Shown one piece after another: positions 27,127-35,965 of a DNA stretch of 44,256 bases. How positions within the stretch are numbered: position 1 is the first letter of the stretch; each line of letters begins with the position of its first letter. A program made the translations under genes and the position numbers. Under the pieces are notes generated by a model. It was not told the origin of the DNA and did no database searches. It saw only the letters and a list, made by a program, of their open reading frames with translations. The stretch is from a virus. The stretch lies in the IMG/VR virus record IMGVR_UViG_3300028781_000008; one strand, 5' to 3'.

Positions 27127-27537
27127 ATGTCGAATGCCGTCTCTCAAATCTTTGGTGAACTTGCAGCACTGGCAGCAACTAATGTTCTTCCTCCTCTTTT
27201 TGCAGCGGCCAATTCTACTTTGGCAGACATCGAAGCTAATCCTCAAGAATGGATTAATCCTGTGTCTGGTGGAATTAAAGCTCAAGCAGCTCTTGCCAAT
27301 ATCGTAGCAGCTGTAATTCCTGCAGAGAATGCAGCAGTACCTGCAGCTGCTCAAGTAATTGGCGGAATCTTCTCTGCAATTCAAACTAAACTCGCAGCGC
27401 TAGGAGCTGGAGAAACTGCTGCAGGAGTTGGTGAACAGATTGGAAATTCAATTGTTGGCGGAGTATCTACACAAACTCCGACTCCTACTGCAGCTCCTGA
27501 AATTCTGGCTGGAGTGCAAACCGGCTCCCATATGTAA
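27127..27537 (+). CDS. Ala-rich hydrophobic protein (136 aa), possibly membrane or holin-like
   Basis: SD GGAG. Hydrophobic stretches IFGELAALAATNVLPPLFAAA and AALANIVAAVIPAENAAVPAAAQVIGGIFSAI. It sits directly upstream of a peptidase gene. Confidence 0.5.
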   Translation: MSNAVSQIFGELAALAATNVLPPLFAAANSTLADIEANPQEWINPVSGGIKAQAALANIVAAVIPAENAAVPAAAQVIGGIFSAIQTKLAALGAGETAAGVGEQIGNSIVGGVSTQTPTPTAAPEILAGVQTGSHM

Positions 27538-27572
27538 CAAGTCTTGCCAACTCAAAACTACTAGAGGCCGCC

Positions 27573-28061
27573 ATGGGAACTATTGTATTGCAATTCTGTT
27601 CAGCTACTAGTCTCGGATCACGTGTGATTGAGTGGTACGATCACGGTAGATTCTCACACGTAGATTCAGTTCTACCAGATGGAAATCTACTGGGATCCCG
27701 CGATGACGTAACTGGTGGGAAGCCGGCTGGAGTACAAATCAGACCAGCAGATTATCTCTCTGTAACTGATAATACTTTCAGAATCTCACTCCAAACTAGT
27801 GACCAAATTCAAAAAGATTATTATGAATTCATCACTAATCAGATTGGAAAAGAGTATGATGAAGAAGGTATTATGGGATTTGTTGCAGGAAGGAATTGGA
27901 GGAAACCAGATACTTGGTTTTGCAGCGAACTTGTAGCTGCTGGATTGGAAGCTGCTGGGTTTTTGCTACCGCTAGTTGCACCGGCGAATAAGATAGCTCC
28001 TGATGATTTGTTACTTGTACTGAGTGATGTAGTTATTGTGATACTTCCACCAATTCAGTAG
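27573..28061 (+). CDS. Permuted papain-like (NlpC/P60 superfamily, YiiX/C92-like) peptidase (162 aa)
   Basis: The His comes early (GRFSHVDSV) and the Cys late (DTWFCSELVAAGL). This is the circularly permuted order characteristic of the YiiX/C92 family. Last gene of the late arm. Confidence 0.55.
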   Translation: MGTIVLQFCSATSLGSRVIEWYDHGRFSHVDSVLPDGNLLGSRDDVTGGKPAGVQIRPADYLSVTDNTFRISLQTSDQIQKDYYEFITNQIGKEYDEEGIMGFVAGRNWRKPDTWFCSELVAAGLEAAGFLLPLVAPANKIAPDDLLLVLSDVVIVILPPIQ

Positions 28062-28105
28062 TGAGGGAAGTTAGTAAGAAAGAATTGAGTCTCCTGTTGT
28101 AATTA

Positions 28106-28135
28106 GGCCCACTAGAAACAGTGGGCCATTTTTTT
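28106..28135 (+). terminator. Rho-independent terminator at the convergence of the two arms
   Basis: GGCCCACT (28106-28113) pairs with AGTGGGCC (28120-28127) around a 6-nt loop, followed by a T7 run (28129-28135). It abuts the stop codon of the minus-strand gene ending at 28134. Confidence 0.75.
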
Positions 28136-28415
28136 ACTCTTGAGTAAGAACTACCCAATCCATAGCTAATATTTCTGTAATATTAGGAGTCCAAACTGCA
28201 ATTTTATTTTCTATTGTACCTAGATCATACATGATATCTATATGCGGGCGATAGTTAACTTCTGCTCCTTCAATAAGAATTGTATTTAAAGGGGCGCGGT
28301 TGACTGTGAATTTAGACCCGTTAACTAGAAAAATAAACCAATGCTTCTCATGGCCTTCTCTAGTTAATTTTTTTCCCATACGTAAATGTTCAAGTGCTTG
28401 GCTGAAACTACTCAT
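28134..28415 (-). CDS. DUF2829-family protein (Tad2-like candidate anti-Thoeris sponge), 93 aa
   Basis: N-terminal FSQALEHLRMGKKLTREGH and C-terminal AVWTPNITEILAMDWVVL match, from memory, the DUF2829 pattern (F..AL.alk.GkkvrR.gW ... W.P...DlLA.DW.i.). SD GGAGGG. Last gene of the early arm. Confidence 0.65.
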   Translation of the reverse strand: MSSFSQALEHLRMGKKLTREGHEKHWFIFLVNGSKFTVNRAPLNTILIEGAEVNYRPHIDIMYDLGTIENKIAVWTPNITEILAMDWVVLTQE

Positions 28416-28752
28416 GATGATCTACCCTCCATTCCTTTCTCATACCTCTGAGTTTATGTGTAAGTATAGTACACAGTTCATTAATCTGCTTTGGACTATA
28501 CTCCCCATCTACAACTACTTCACAATAGGTACAAATGGCAACTAGTTTTGTAAGAAATGCAACTTGCGGATCACCCATACCAATTGTTTTTTCGAATGGA
28601 TTAGATTGTACATAATCAGTTGCTTGCATCACTTTGATAATTGCATCTTCGTGATATGAGAGTTCAATCTGTAAATCAATCCATTCTTGTGGGAAATATT
28701 GATGGTATGCCATTTCTATTTCTCGATATGACGCAAAATATTCTGTAGCCAC
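28408..28752 (-). CDS. Hypothetical protein (114 aa)
   Basis: GTG start at 28752 overlaps the upstream gene by 37 nt. An internal ATG at 28713 (MAYHQYF) is an alternative start. Confidence 0.5.
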   Translation of the reverse strand: MATEYFASYREIEMAYHQYFPQEWIDLQIELSYHEDAIIKVMQATDYVQSNPFEKTIGMGDPQVAFLTKLVAICTYCEVVVDGEYSPKQINELCTILTHKLRGMRKEWRVDHHE

Positions 28753-29273
28753 TCACCCTCATATTTTGCGTCTGCTAATGAATTATGCGGGTCTTTATTA
28801 TCCTCGTTGGGTTTGCATTGAGGGAATAAAAGTTTGACTGTACGAAAATCCATATCTTCTCTGAATGTCCACGGTAGATCTACTCCGCATTGTTCAAAAT
28901 AATTCTTGAGAATTGCATTATCAAATTCTTTTCCATTGCCCCACACATAAACTTTTTCTTTTCCGTGCAATGAAAAATTTTGATACCAATTGTTAAAAGA
29001 GTTACAAGCTTTTTCTGGAGAGATTCCTACACTTAATTTACAAGCCAGTTCATATTCTACGGAATATTTATTCCTCCAGAAATTTAGCGTACTGCTGCTA
29101 ATAGTGAATCCTTGTTCAATAGCGTCCATAATAGAAACCGCTGAATGGAATTGATTACTAAAATTTCCGGGGGTATCAACTTCAGTATCAAAGGCCACCG
29201 CGCCAATAGCAAAAACTACACAACCTGGGTTAGTTCCCAGTGTTTCAAGATCCAAAACAATATGCTTGCTCAT
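28716..29273 (-). CDS. DEDDh 3'-5' exonuclease (185 aa)
   Basis: Exo I VLDLETLG, Exo II WGNGKEFDNAIL, Exo III HNSLADAKY. Confidence 0.8.
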   Translation of the reverse strand: MSKHIVLDLETLGTNPGCVVFAIGAVAFDTEVDTPGNFSNQFHSAVSIMDAIEQGFTISSSTLNFWRNKYSVEYELACKLSVGISPEKACNSFNNWYQNFSLHGKEKVYVWGNGKEFDNAILKNYFEQCGVDLPWTFREDMDFRTVKLLFPQCKPNEDNKDPHNSLADAKYEGEWLQNILRHIEK

Positions 29274-29464
29274 GATTGTCTTTCCTTTCCTATTTCATCA
29301 AATACTTGTTTATTGATTTGGAATTCACAGTAACGGCATACGTAAGTTGCATCAGTCATACTATCAGTTAAGATTCGATACATAGGAGCTACTGGAATCC
29401 AACTGTGAATGCAAGGAGAATCTCTCACAGTTTCTGCAATTATGTGGACTAAGAAATCATCCAT
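29270..29464 (-). CDS. Small Cys/His-containing hypothetical protein (64 aa)
   Basis: ORF with ATGA coupling to the downstream gene. Contains C..H and CRYC pairs (SPCIHSW ... YVCRYCEF). Confidence 0.45.
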   Translation of the reverse strand: MDDFLVHIIAETVRDSPCIHSWIPVAPMYRILTDSMTDATYVCRYCEFQINKQVFDEIGKERQS

Positions 29465-29468
29465 ACTA

Positions 29469-29831
29469 TTAGTCCGCTTTATCCAATCTCAATACTGCCA
29501 ATGCATCTGAATATTTCTCTGGATATCTCTTCGCCAATTTTGCGATGTTTCTCAAGCAAACTGTATCCAAATCCATTCCAGTAGCTTTACACATCAAAGC
29601 TAGAAACCACATTACATCTCCAATCTCTTCGCGCACATTAACTACATCTAAGTCTTTACCGTAGATCAAATGTTTTTTAATTGCGTCTACTAGTTCACCG
29701 GCGTCACTAGCAACTCCCAAGGCCGCATGAAGCATATCCATTTCTTCTGGACCAAATCTCTTACCTTCACCGAAGACTTTAGCCGTACGCATTGCGGCTT
29801 CTTCATAATCATCAAATGTATTTGCACTCAT
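29469..29831 (-). CDS. mazG: MazG-like nucleotide pyrophosphohydrolase (120 aa)
   Basis: EEAAMRTA, LHAALGVASDAGELVDAIKKHLIYG and REEIGDVMWFLALMC form the paired acidic helices of all-alpha MazG-type NTP-PPases. SD GGAGG. Confidence 0.85.
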   Translation of the reverse strand: MSANTFDDYEEAAMRTAKVFGEGKRFGPEEMDMLHAALGVASDAGELVDAIKKHLIYGKDLDVVNVREEIGDVMWFLALMCKATGMDLDTVCLRNIAKLAKRYPEKYSDALAVLRLDKAD

Positions 29832-31102
29832 ACTACCTCCAATTTAACTCGAGTAACTACCGGTTGAGCCATAGGGCCTTGCTCTTCACTACTTAAAAAT
29901 CCATAGTCTATTACGTCCGAATATTCAGCTTCCATCATAGATCTTCTAATCAGAAAACCAGATTCAGTCTTCAAAATCTTTCCTGCCATAAGGAGTCCGC
30001 CAATTACATTTCCCAACTCTGATGGTTTCTCCATATCTGAACTAACTGCTTTCCACAAATCTGGCAATGTCATTGTCGACTTTGCATTTTCTAGTGCGCT
30101 CAGAACTTTATGATTTACATTTGAATTTCTACTCTCACCAAATTCACCTAGTGCTTTCGGCATAAGTTTCTCAGTGTGACTCAGAACTGTATTTGCAATA
30201 ACTACGTCTTCTTCAGAAATTTCTAGACTCATTCTAGCCAAACAATGTATAAGCGTGAGTTTAAGAAGATGGGTGAAGCGGCGATTAGTATAATGCTCAA
30301 AACGCACATCATCAATACGATTGTCGCTCTTATATATTTTATCGAGCAGTAACTCAGCAGAATGCGTACGAGTAACAGAACCAGTAGAAGATAGAGATTT
30401 AATTGCAAGTAACTGGTTGACCATACATTGTGTGTCATGATTTGAGACTCTTTTAGGGAAAGTAATTTTGCGTCCGGATGGTTCAGAATATATTAGAATA
30501 AGCCGACTGAAAAAACCTTGACCAATTGTTTGGGAAGGAAACGCAAGACTGAATCCAGTAGAAGTATTTCCTCCGAGAATAGAGATAGTAGGATTACTAA
30601 TAGAAACAGATTTACCATTCTTGATTCTATTTGAATAATTCCCGTTTCTATCCCACAACTCGCCAAGAAGACTGATAAACTCAATATTGCCGTTACCAAT
30701 AAAATTATTAAACTCATCACAAGCAATGTAACATTCAGATATACTTCCATTACCCTCTCCCCACAGATTGTCGTCAATTAATTCTTTCGCGTCACTATCT
30801 AAATCCCCAGCTAAATCTAGAATGAATTTTTCTTTACTTGTCTTTTCAGCACTAAATTTATTAAATCCTGTTCTCTCTAGTAATTCCTTAGCCATTTTAA
30901 TAGATGTAGATTTCCGCGTGCCTGGAACACCAATCAGCATGCAATACATATTAGGATAGATTTGTGAATTACCTAATTCAAAACTAACATCTCTTGCCAG
31001 ATACGCTCCTAGAGCAGAAAGTATTGCCCACCTGTGAAAGAACACTGGTGGCTCAGTATCAGAACGATACTGTAAGTAAGAGGTTATAAAATCTTCTCGC
31101 AT
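29828..31102 (-). CDS. P-loop NTPase, probable replicative helicase (DUF3987/VirE-like by recollection), 424 aa
   Basis: Walker A LIGVPGTRKSTS and Walker B-like IACDEFNNF. N-terminal segment FFHRWAILSALGAYLARDV...MYCMLIGVPG resembles DUF3987-type helicases. I could not recognise a primase domain. Confidence 0.6.
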   Translation of the reverse strand: MREDFITSYLQYRSDTEPPVFFHRWAILSALGAYLARDVSFELGNSQIYPNMYCMLIGVPGTRKSTSIKMAKELLERTGFNKFSAEKTSKEKFILDLAGDLDSDAKELIDDNLWGEGNGSISECYIACDEFNNFIGNGNIEFISLLGELWDRNGNYSNRIKNGKSVSISNPTISILGGNTSTGFSLAFPSQTIGQGFFSRLILIYSEPSGRKITFPKRVSNHDTQCMVNQLLAIKSLSSTGSVTRTHSAELLLDKIYKSDNRIDDVRFEHYTNRRFTHLLKLTLIHCLARMSLEISEEDVVIANTVLSHTEKLMPKALGEFGESRNSNVNHKVLSALENAKSTMTLPDLWKAVSSDMEKPSELGNVIGGLLMAGKILKTESGFLIRRSMMEAEYSDVIDYGFLSSEEQGPMAQPVVTRVKLEVV

Positions 31103-31124
31103 ATCCCCTCTGGATAGTTATTAC

Positions 31125-31442
31125 TTATGTTCCTGGTTCCTTATTTTCTGTCTCAAATGGTTCCACTTTCTTTGTAGTTTTAGAGTCAGTCTTAGAAACT
31201 GATGGCCGATCTAGCAACTGATTAACTTCTGGAGGTAATTCCTCTCGCTTAGTAAAGACTGGCTGTGAAGCATAATCTTGTAATGGGCGGCCATGAATTA
31301 CAAGATCGTGTAGTTCTTTAATTTCTACGGGCGCATCTGGCCATACATTACAAGCTCTAGCAATTGCTACTCTAAATGCTTTCTTATCTTCTTTGGGTAT
31401 TCTAATAATCAAAGTATCTTCGAAATCATAAACATGAATCAT
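31125..31442 (-). CDS. Hypothetical protein (105 aa)
   Basis: SD AGGAGAA. Follows the polymerase gene. Confidence 0.6.
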   Translation of the reverse strand: MIHVYDFEDTLIIRIPKEDKKAFRVAIARACNVWPDAPVEIKELHDLVIHGRPLQDYASQPVFTKREELPPEVNQLLDRPSVSKTDSKTTKKVEPFETENKEPGT

Positions 31443-31451
31443 TCTATTCTC

Positions 31452-33710
31452 CTATTCAGTTTCACTCCACCTGTGAGCTCCTTTTCCATCCGGCCCAGCT
31501 TTGATAGCAGCTGGAACAGTGAACATCCTAGTAATACCGTCGGCACCTTTGATTGTAACTGGGATTTCCATTCTTTCTCGAACCATATCAGCCAAGTACT
31601 CATGCCCTTCACGAAACTGGAATAGGATGGAGTCGTGTATTTGAGCACACAGCTTGAAGTGCATTTTATATTGTGGATGCATTGCAATTTCATAGAATAC
31701 CTTCATATATGCTTTATTCAAAGTCATTGCATTCATTGACTGTGCAACGTGAGCTACATAACTATTTGCATCATGCTTATTCTTATCTGGGTTTCCAAAG
31801 CAATACCTGGTCCAACCTTGGGGGCCAGTCAGCATCCGATATGTCCGAATGTTTTGCCAAATATGAGGATAGAAAACTTTCGAGAGTCCTGGGTATGTCT
31901 TGTGGAATTGTGCAAGTAAATACTCTGCTACCTGTTTCAGTCCAAATTCTGAAGGTAACTTCAAAAGTCTTTTCGCTTTCCATATTTTATCTTCTCCCAT
32001 AGTCTGAACTAGTACGTTCCCTCCCATGCAATAATTTGCACCGTGGTTGACTCGCTTGGCTAAATCACGGAGAATTTTATCAAGTGTTTTCTTTCTAGCA
32101 TCATCATAGATTGATTCGTACGGGATACCAAAAAATGCGCTTGCATTAACAGAATGGAAGTCACGCACTCCCTCAACTGCCGCGATAAGTGTAATTTCCC
32201 CTGCGGCGTATGCAGTATCTCTTGACTCAGCCTGCTCCAGATCGCATTCTGCAATTCGAAAACCGTCATCGGCAACCAATGTTCTTTTAACACTTGGTCC
32301 CCGAGTAATATTTTGGATTTGTAGTCCGCACCAGAAATGAGACTCCTTACTCGCAAGGCGTCCTGAGTCGGTTCCGTGCGGATTGAGAGCGTAAAGAATT
32401 CTTCCTTTATATTCTTTATAGCCTCTATCTCCAGATTTTTTGATGTCATCATCAGTCCTTATATACATGGATCGGTACTTTCTTTTCTCCCGTAGTGATT
32501 GAATCTTTTTAATAATTCTATTATTTAATGGATGACGGAGAGAGAATTTATTTAGATTGGTATCATCACAACTAGCTACCTCGCCGAGACCAAATACTTT
32601 CATCAGCGCTTTCATTTGTGGAGCAGAATTGACATTGAATCCTGGAGTGGCTGTCATAGTTTCCAAACTGTGATTTAACTCAGCTACTTCTTTATCTGCA
32701 TCTGCTCTAGCTAATTTCATTTCCTCCATGTCTCGTTTAATTCCAGTCATTTCTGACAAGTGACATGGAAAGACTAGAGGGAATTCCATCTTGTAGTTTT
32801 CAATAGCGAAGCTAGGCAACTGCATCATTTGAGCAATCCAAACATTAGCAGTTGCCCAAGTATCAAGAGCATTGTAACGATAATATTGCTCCAAATCAGT
32901 CGTATTTGCCAAGTCTTTCCAATACATTGACTCACGTACAAAGAATGAATTAAGGAATGCAAGATCTTTAGGTAGCTCAGAATACCAACAATGAAACAAA
33001 GTAGCAGTATCCCATAGCCAATTATATGGTACTGAGTTGAACATAGATAGATATGCATTATCGTATTTCCCATTCTGGAAAATCTTAGGAGCTTTCAGTT
33101 CCCAATTGAATCTTCTCATCCAAGATAGTGCCCACAAAGAATCTAGCGGAAGGACACAAGACTTAGTTCTTATTTGTCCTTCATTGAGGAAGATTGCTGT
33201 GTACCCAATGCATCTAATGGATAGAGGTTCTGAGAAAGTTTCGATATCAACTGCGATTGCGTAAGCAGATTGGAACTCATCGAAGATTGCCCCAATATTA
33301 ATAGCATCCAGAATGGCCCAATTGAAAGCAGTACTAGGCAGCCAACTATCACGAGCGGCCAACTTAGATATAAACCGCTTGAATACAAATGGGCCATAGC
33401 TCACCGCCGTTAAATGGAATAACGGATTGATAATTAAATATTCCAATCCGTTGTGTAGAAAGATGGAACCCTGGTAGGAGTCAAGACTAGGATCTTTTCT
33501 GTTGTCAGTCCAGCTAAGTAATCTTTTCAGAATATTTTGATTGCTACATATTACTCCTTCGAATCCTCTGGACTTACAGACTGCTTCAATCTGAGCTAGC
33601 ATCAAGTCTGATTTACACAAAGGAGTTACACTGGCCCCCGAACAGCAACCTTTCAGATAAGGAAGATATGATTCATCTGCAGGAGATCCAACATATAAGA
33701 GCTTCGCCAT
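31452..33710 (-). CDS. polA: Family A DNA polymerase with 3'-5' exonuclease domain and an N-terminal ~150-aa extension (752 aa)
   Basis: Exo motifs AVDIETFS, FQNGKYDNAYL and YNALDTWAT. Pol motif A is ECDLEQAESRD, preceded by GTDSGRLAS...LQIQNIT. Motif B is RDLAKRVNHGANYCMG. Motif C is AQIHDSILF. Confidence 0.92.
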   Translation of the reverse strand: MAKLLYVGSPADESYLPYLKGCCSGASVTPLCKSDLMLAQIEAVCKSRGFEGVICSNQNILKRLLSWTDNRKDPSLDSYQGSIFLHNGLEYLIINPLFHLTAVSYGPFVFKRFISKLAARDSWLPSTAFNWAILDAINIGAIFDEFQSAYAIAVDIETFSEPLSIRCIGYTAIFLNEGQIRTKSCVLPLDSLWALSWMRRFNWELKAPKIFQNGKYDNAYLSMFNSVPYNWLWDTATLFHCWYSELPKDLAFLNSFFVRESMYWKDLANTTDLEQYYRYNALDTWATANVWIAQMMQLPSFAIENYKMEFPLVFPCHLSEMTGIKRDMEEMKLARADADKEVAELNHSLETMTATPGFNVNSAPQMKALMKVFGLGEVASCDDTNLNKFSLRHPLNNRIIKKIQSLREKRKYRSMYIRTDDDIKKSGDRGYKEYKGRILYALNPHGTDSGRLASKESHFWCGLQIQNITRGPSVKRTLVADDGFRIAECDLEQAESRDTAYAAGEITLIAAVEGVRDFHSVNASAFFGIPYESIYDDARKKTLDKILRDLAKRVNHGANYCMGGNVLVQTMGEDKIWKAKRLLKLPSEFGLKQVAEYLLAQFHKTYPGLSKVFYPHIWQNIRTYRMLTGPQGWTRYCFGNPDKNKHDANSYVAHVAQSMNAMTLNKAYMKVFYEIAMHPQYKMHFKLCAQIHDSILFQFREGHEYLADMVRERMEIPVTIKGADGITRMFTVPAAIKAGPDGKGAHRWSETE

Positions 33711-33995
33711 TCAATCATTCTCCTTAACTCTTTCCAGTTGCATTTTACCTTTAAGCTTCACAACTACAGTCTCCCCAGACATAACAAAGACTGTACCTTT
33801 GTGAAGATTAACCGTGAGAATGTCTCCACGAGCAAAGACATCTGCGAGAAGATTTGAATTATTCAAGAAATTAACTGACTTAACTTTCATGTAAGCAGCT
33901 GGATGACCTTCCTTTTTGAATACAGCCCCCACTGGTATGTCTTTAGCTTTCAAAGGATATTTACGTTCATCGAAACTAATTTCAAGTTGGCTCAT
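33711..33995 (-). CDS. Hypothetical protein (94 aa)
   Basis: SD GGAGAG. Its stop abuts the polymerase ATG. Confidence 0.6.
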   Translation of the reverse strand: MSQLEISFDERKYPLKAKDIPVGAVFKKEGHPAAYMKVKSVNFLNNSNLLADVFARGDILTVNLHKGTVFVMSGETVVVKLKGKMQLERVKEND

Positions 33996-34030
33996 TTAGC
34001 TCTCCATTGGTTTTCACTGCTAATTTCTAT

Positions 34031-34068
34031 GCAAAAATGGCTTCCAGTCTTGTGAACCGAAAGCCATT
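34031..34068 (-). terminator. Candidate terminator or attenuator hairpin
   Basis: AATGGCTT (34036-34043) pairs with AAGCCATT (34061-34068) around a 17-nt loop. On the minus strand it is followed by TTTGCAT. It lies downstream of the 159-aa gene. The large loop makes it weak. Confidence 0.3.
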
Positions 34069-34089
34069 CAAACTAGAAACTAACTACCA

Positions 34090-34569
34090 TTAAGCAGGGA
34101 TCATATCTTCAATCTGTGGATAGACGCGATCCTTATCATTCTTATCTTTACGGTGCTTCAACACAATTGCAACTTCGAAGCCATTGGTTCCTTTGATCGT
34201 TTCCTTCAAATTTCCGTTGAATCGCGGAGAGAGACTAGCAACTGCTTTCTTAAGAGCTCCCAATGCAAATTCATTTGTGAGATCATAGGCAGTGTTCATC
34301 TTATCTGCAACTTGCGGAAGTTTTCCAGAAAAAGAAGTATCTTCGAGTTCAAGAGTTTCCAGAAACGCCATATTCAATTGCATGTGGGGCACTTTCTTCT
34401 TTGAACCATCTACAGTCTTTTCGATATCCTTGCGTTCCCAAGTAATAATGGCTTTGTGTACACCTTTGGGCCAAGTATCGAAAGAAGGAAGATCAGCAAT
34501 GTCATCCAGATTCTTATCCAGAAGAGAATCGATGTCATCAAGATTGTCGAGATTAGTAACGTCGCTCAT
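34090..34569 (-). CDS. Acidic hypothetical protein (159 aa)
   Basis: Very acidic N-terminus (DNLDDIDSLLDKNLDDIADLPSFD). It lies in the recombination/replication cluster. An SSB-like role is only a guess from position. Confidence 0.6.
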   Translation of the reverse strand: MSDVTNLDNLDDIDSLLDKNLDDIADLPSFDTWPKGVHKAIITWERKDIEKTVDGSKKKVPHMQLNMAFLETLELEDTSFSGKLPQVADKMNTAYDLTNEFALGALKKAVASLSPRFNGNLKETIKGTNGFEVAIVLKHRKDKNDKDRVYPQIEDMIPA

Positions 34570-34572
34570 GAT

Positions 34573-34872
34573 TTAAATACCTTTGATTGAATTAGTAGAA
34601 AGAATACTAGATGCTGCCAATGCTGCTTGTGTTGCTACATTTTCAAGATCACTTCCTATGCTACGTTTCTTAATTTCATCATTCAAATACCAAACAGCTT
34701 TTTTCAAGTCTTCGATAGAGTCTCCTTTAAGATCAGCTCGCCAAATATATTTAAATGCATTACCGAGATTGAAACTCATATGACGTGTAATGTCAATACA
34801 CTCAATTCCCGATGGGTGAGAAGTGTAGTGGTTTGGGTGATTAACTGGGTCATTTATACTATTTGCATTCAT
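34573..34872 (-). CDS. DUF3310-family protein (99 aa)
   Basis: NHPNHYTSHPSGIECIDITRHMSFNLGNAFKYIWRADLKG...DLKKAVWYL matches the DUF3310 pattern as I recall it. Confidence 0.75.
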   Translation of the reverse strand: MNANSINDPVNHPNHYTSHPSGIECIDITRHMSFNLGNAFKYIWRADLKGDSIEDLKKAVWYLNDEIKKRSIGSDLENVATQAALAASSILSTNSIKGI

Positions 34873-35762
34873 TATTTTACACCTCCTGATTTCATTCGCT
34901 CTCTCAATTCAGCTAACTTATTCCCAGCTACTGCTCCTGGTATTTTCGTGTTTGCATCTTGTACTACTGGCTCATTTGGAAACAATTCAGGTTTGAAAAT
35001 TCTCAGTAAGTTAGCTTCTTTATCTCCTTCAATAATTGCTCCTGTTCTAGAACCTGTCAGAATATTAGTTGCAAATGTTGTAGAACTAGCTGCTTTGTGT
35101 GCTTTGTTTTTAACTTCTACATATATTACATGACCAAAGTATTTTGCTGAATTACGACTGAAATTGGAAGTGCCGGCCGTAGGTACTAGCTTCTTTTTTC
35201 CATCCTCCATCTCTACTTCAGACTCATGAGAGATACAAATTACATTGTATGAAGCTTGTTGGATTCTAGATAGACAGAAATCTAGTAATGCACCCATCTT
35301 CCTGTAATCATCAAACTCGAATTTATACTCTAAGTTATCTACGGGCGCGATACGAGAAATCACAGAACTTGTAAGCTGAGTTAGGGAGTCGAAAACTACA
35401 ATTGAATCTGGACCCATTTCATTCAAAGCTACTCGTATAGTTGCAAGATTTTCTTTCTTACACAAAGTGCAATCTACTTTTCCGTGTTTCTCACAAATAA
35501 GTACTGGAGATCCTTTAAGAACTTTCATCACTGTTTCAATTGCAATTGGAAACTCTCTAGTATCTGGCAGAGAAATTACTTCAATACGATCTTGCCATTC
35601 TACTGGTAGTTTTGAAAGAGTAGTCCATCCATTTTCAAGATCAAACCAAATGAGATTAAAATGCTCTGCTAGTTTACCTGCTAATTCAGTCTTACCAGAT
35701 TTAGGAGGGCCAAAGAGAAGAACACTGTGAGTGGCTGCTACTTTCTTTTCAGATAGTTTCAC
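34872..35762 (-). CDS. AAA_24 / Sak4-like RecA-fold ATPase (296 aa)
   Basis: GTG start with GGAG upstream. Walker A LLFGPPKSGKTE and Walker B-like IVVFDSLTQL. Also ICISHESEVE. It carries an inserted Cys/His cluster, ICEKHGKVDCTLCKK. Confidence 0.7.
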   Translation of the reverse strand: MKLSEKKVAATHSVLLFGPPKSGKTELAGKLAEHFNLIWFDLENGWTTLSKLPVEWQDRIEVISLPDTREFPIAIETVMKVLKGSPVLICEKHGKVDCTLCKKENLATIRVALNEMGPDSIVVFDSLTQLTSSVISRIAPVDNLEYKFEFDDYRKMGALLDFCLSRIQQASYNVICISHESEVEMEDGKKKLVPTAGTSNFSRNSAKYFGHVIYVEVKNKAHKAASSTTFATNILTGSRTGAIIEGDKEANLLRIFKPELFPNEPVVQDANTKIPGAVAGNKLAELRERMKSGGVK

Positions 35763-35965
35763 TCTGTTACTCCTGTCAGTAATTTAAATGCCATAGTAGC
35801 TCCAGCTTCATCTCCATAGAATTCTTCTAGAACTAGCCCATTAGACATAGATACTTGAATGATTCTATTATCAGTTGAAGTGTCAGATTTCTTAACAGAG
35901 ACTGTGCAAATATGGAATTTATTAATACACTGTTTTGCAAACATAACCCAATTAGTGCCTGTCAT
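35759..35965 (-). CDS. Small hypothetical protein (68 aa)
   Basis: The ATG at 35965 overlaps the nuclease TGA (TGATG). The track start at 35968 is a GTG. Confidence 0.5.
   Translation of the reverse strand: MTGTNWVMFAKQCINKFHICTVSVKKSDTSTDNRIIQVSMSNGLVLEEFYGDEAGATMAFKLLTGVTE

Noticed and set aside
34627-35133. Long alternative-frame or antisense ORFs. Examples: 34627-35133 (+), 36306-36770 (-), 10931-11347 (-), 18786-19238 (-), 25007-25417 (+), 2271-2648 (+), 32060-32452 (-)
   Set aside because: All are nested within longer ORFs that have recognisable domains or consistent operon polarity. None has an SD, their compositions are odd, and several of 130-170 aa occur, so their length alone is not exceptional. 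I cannot exclude overprinting, but nothing supports it.
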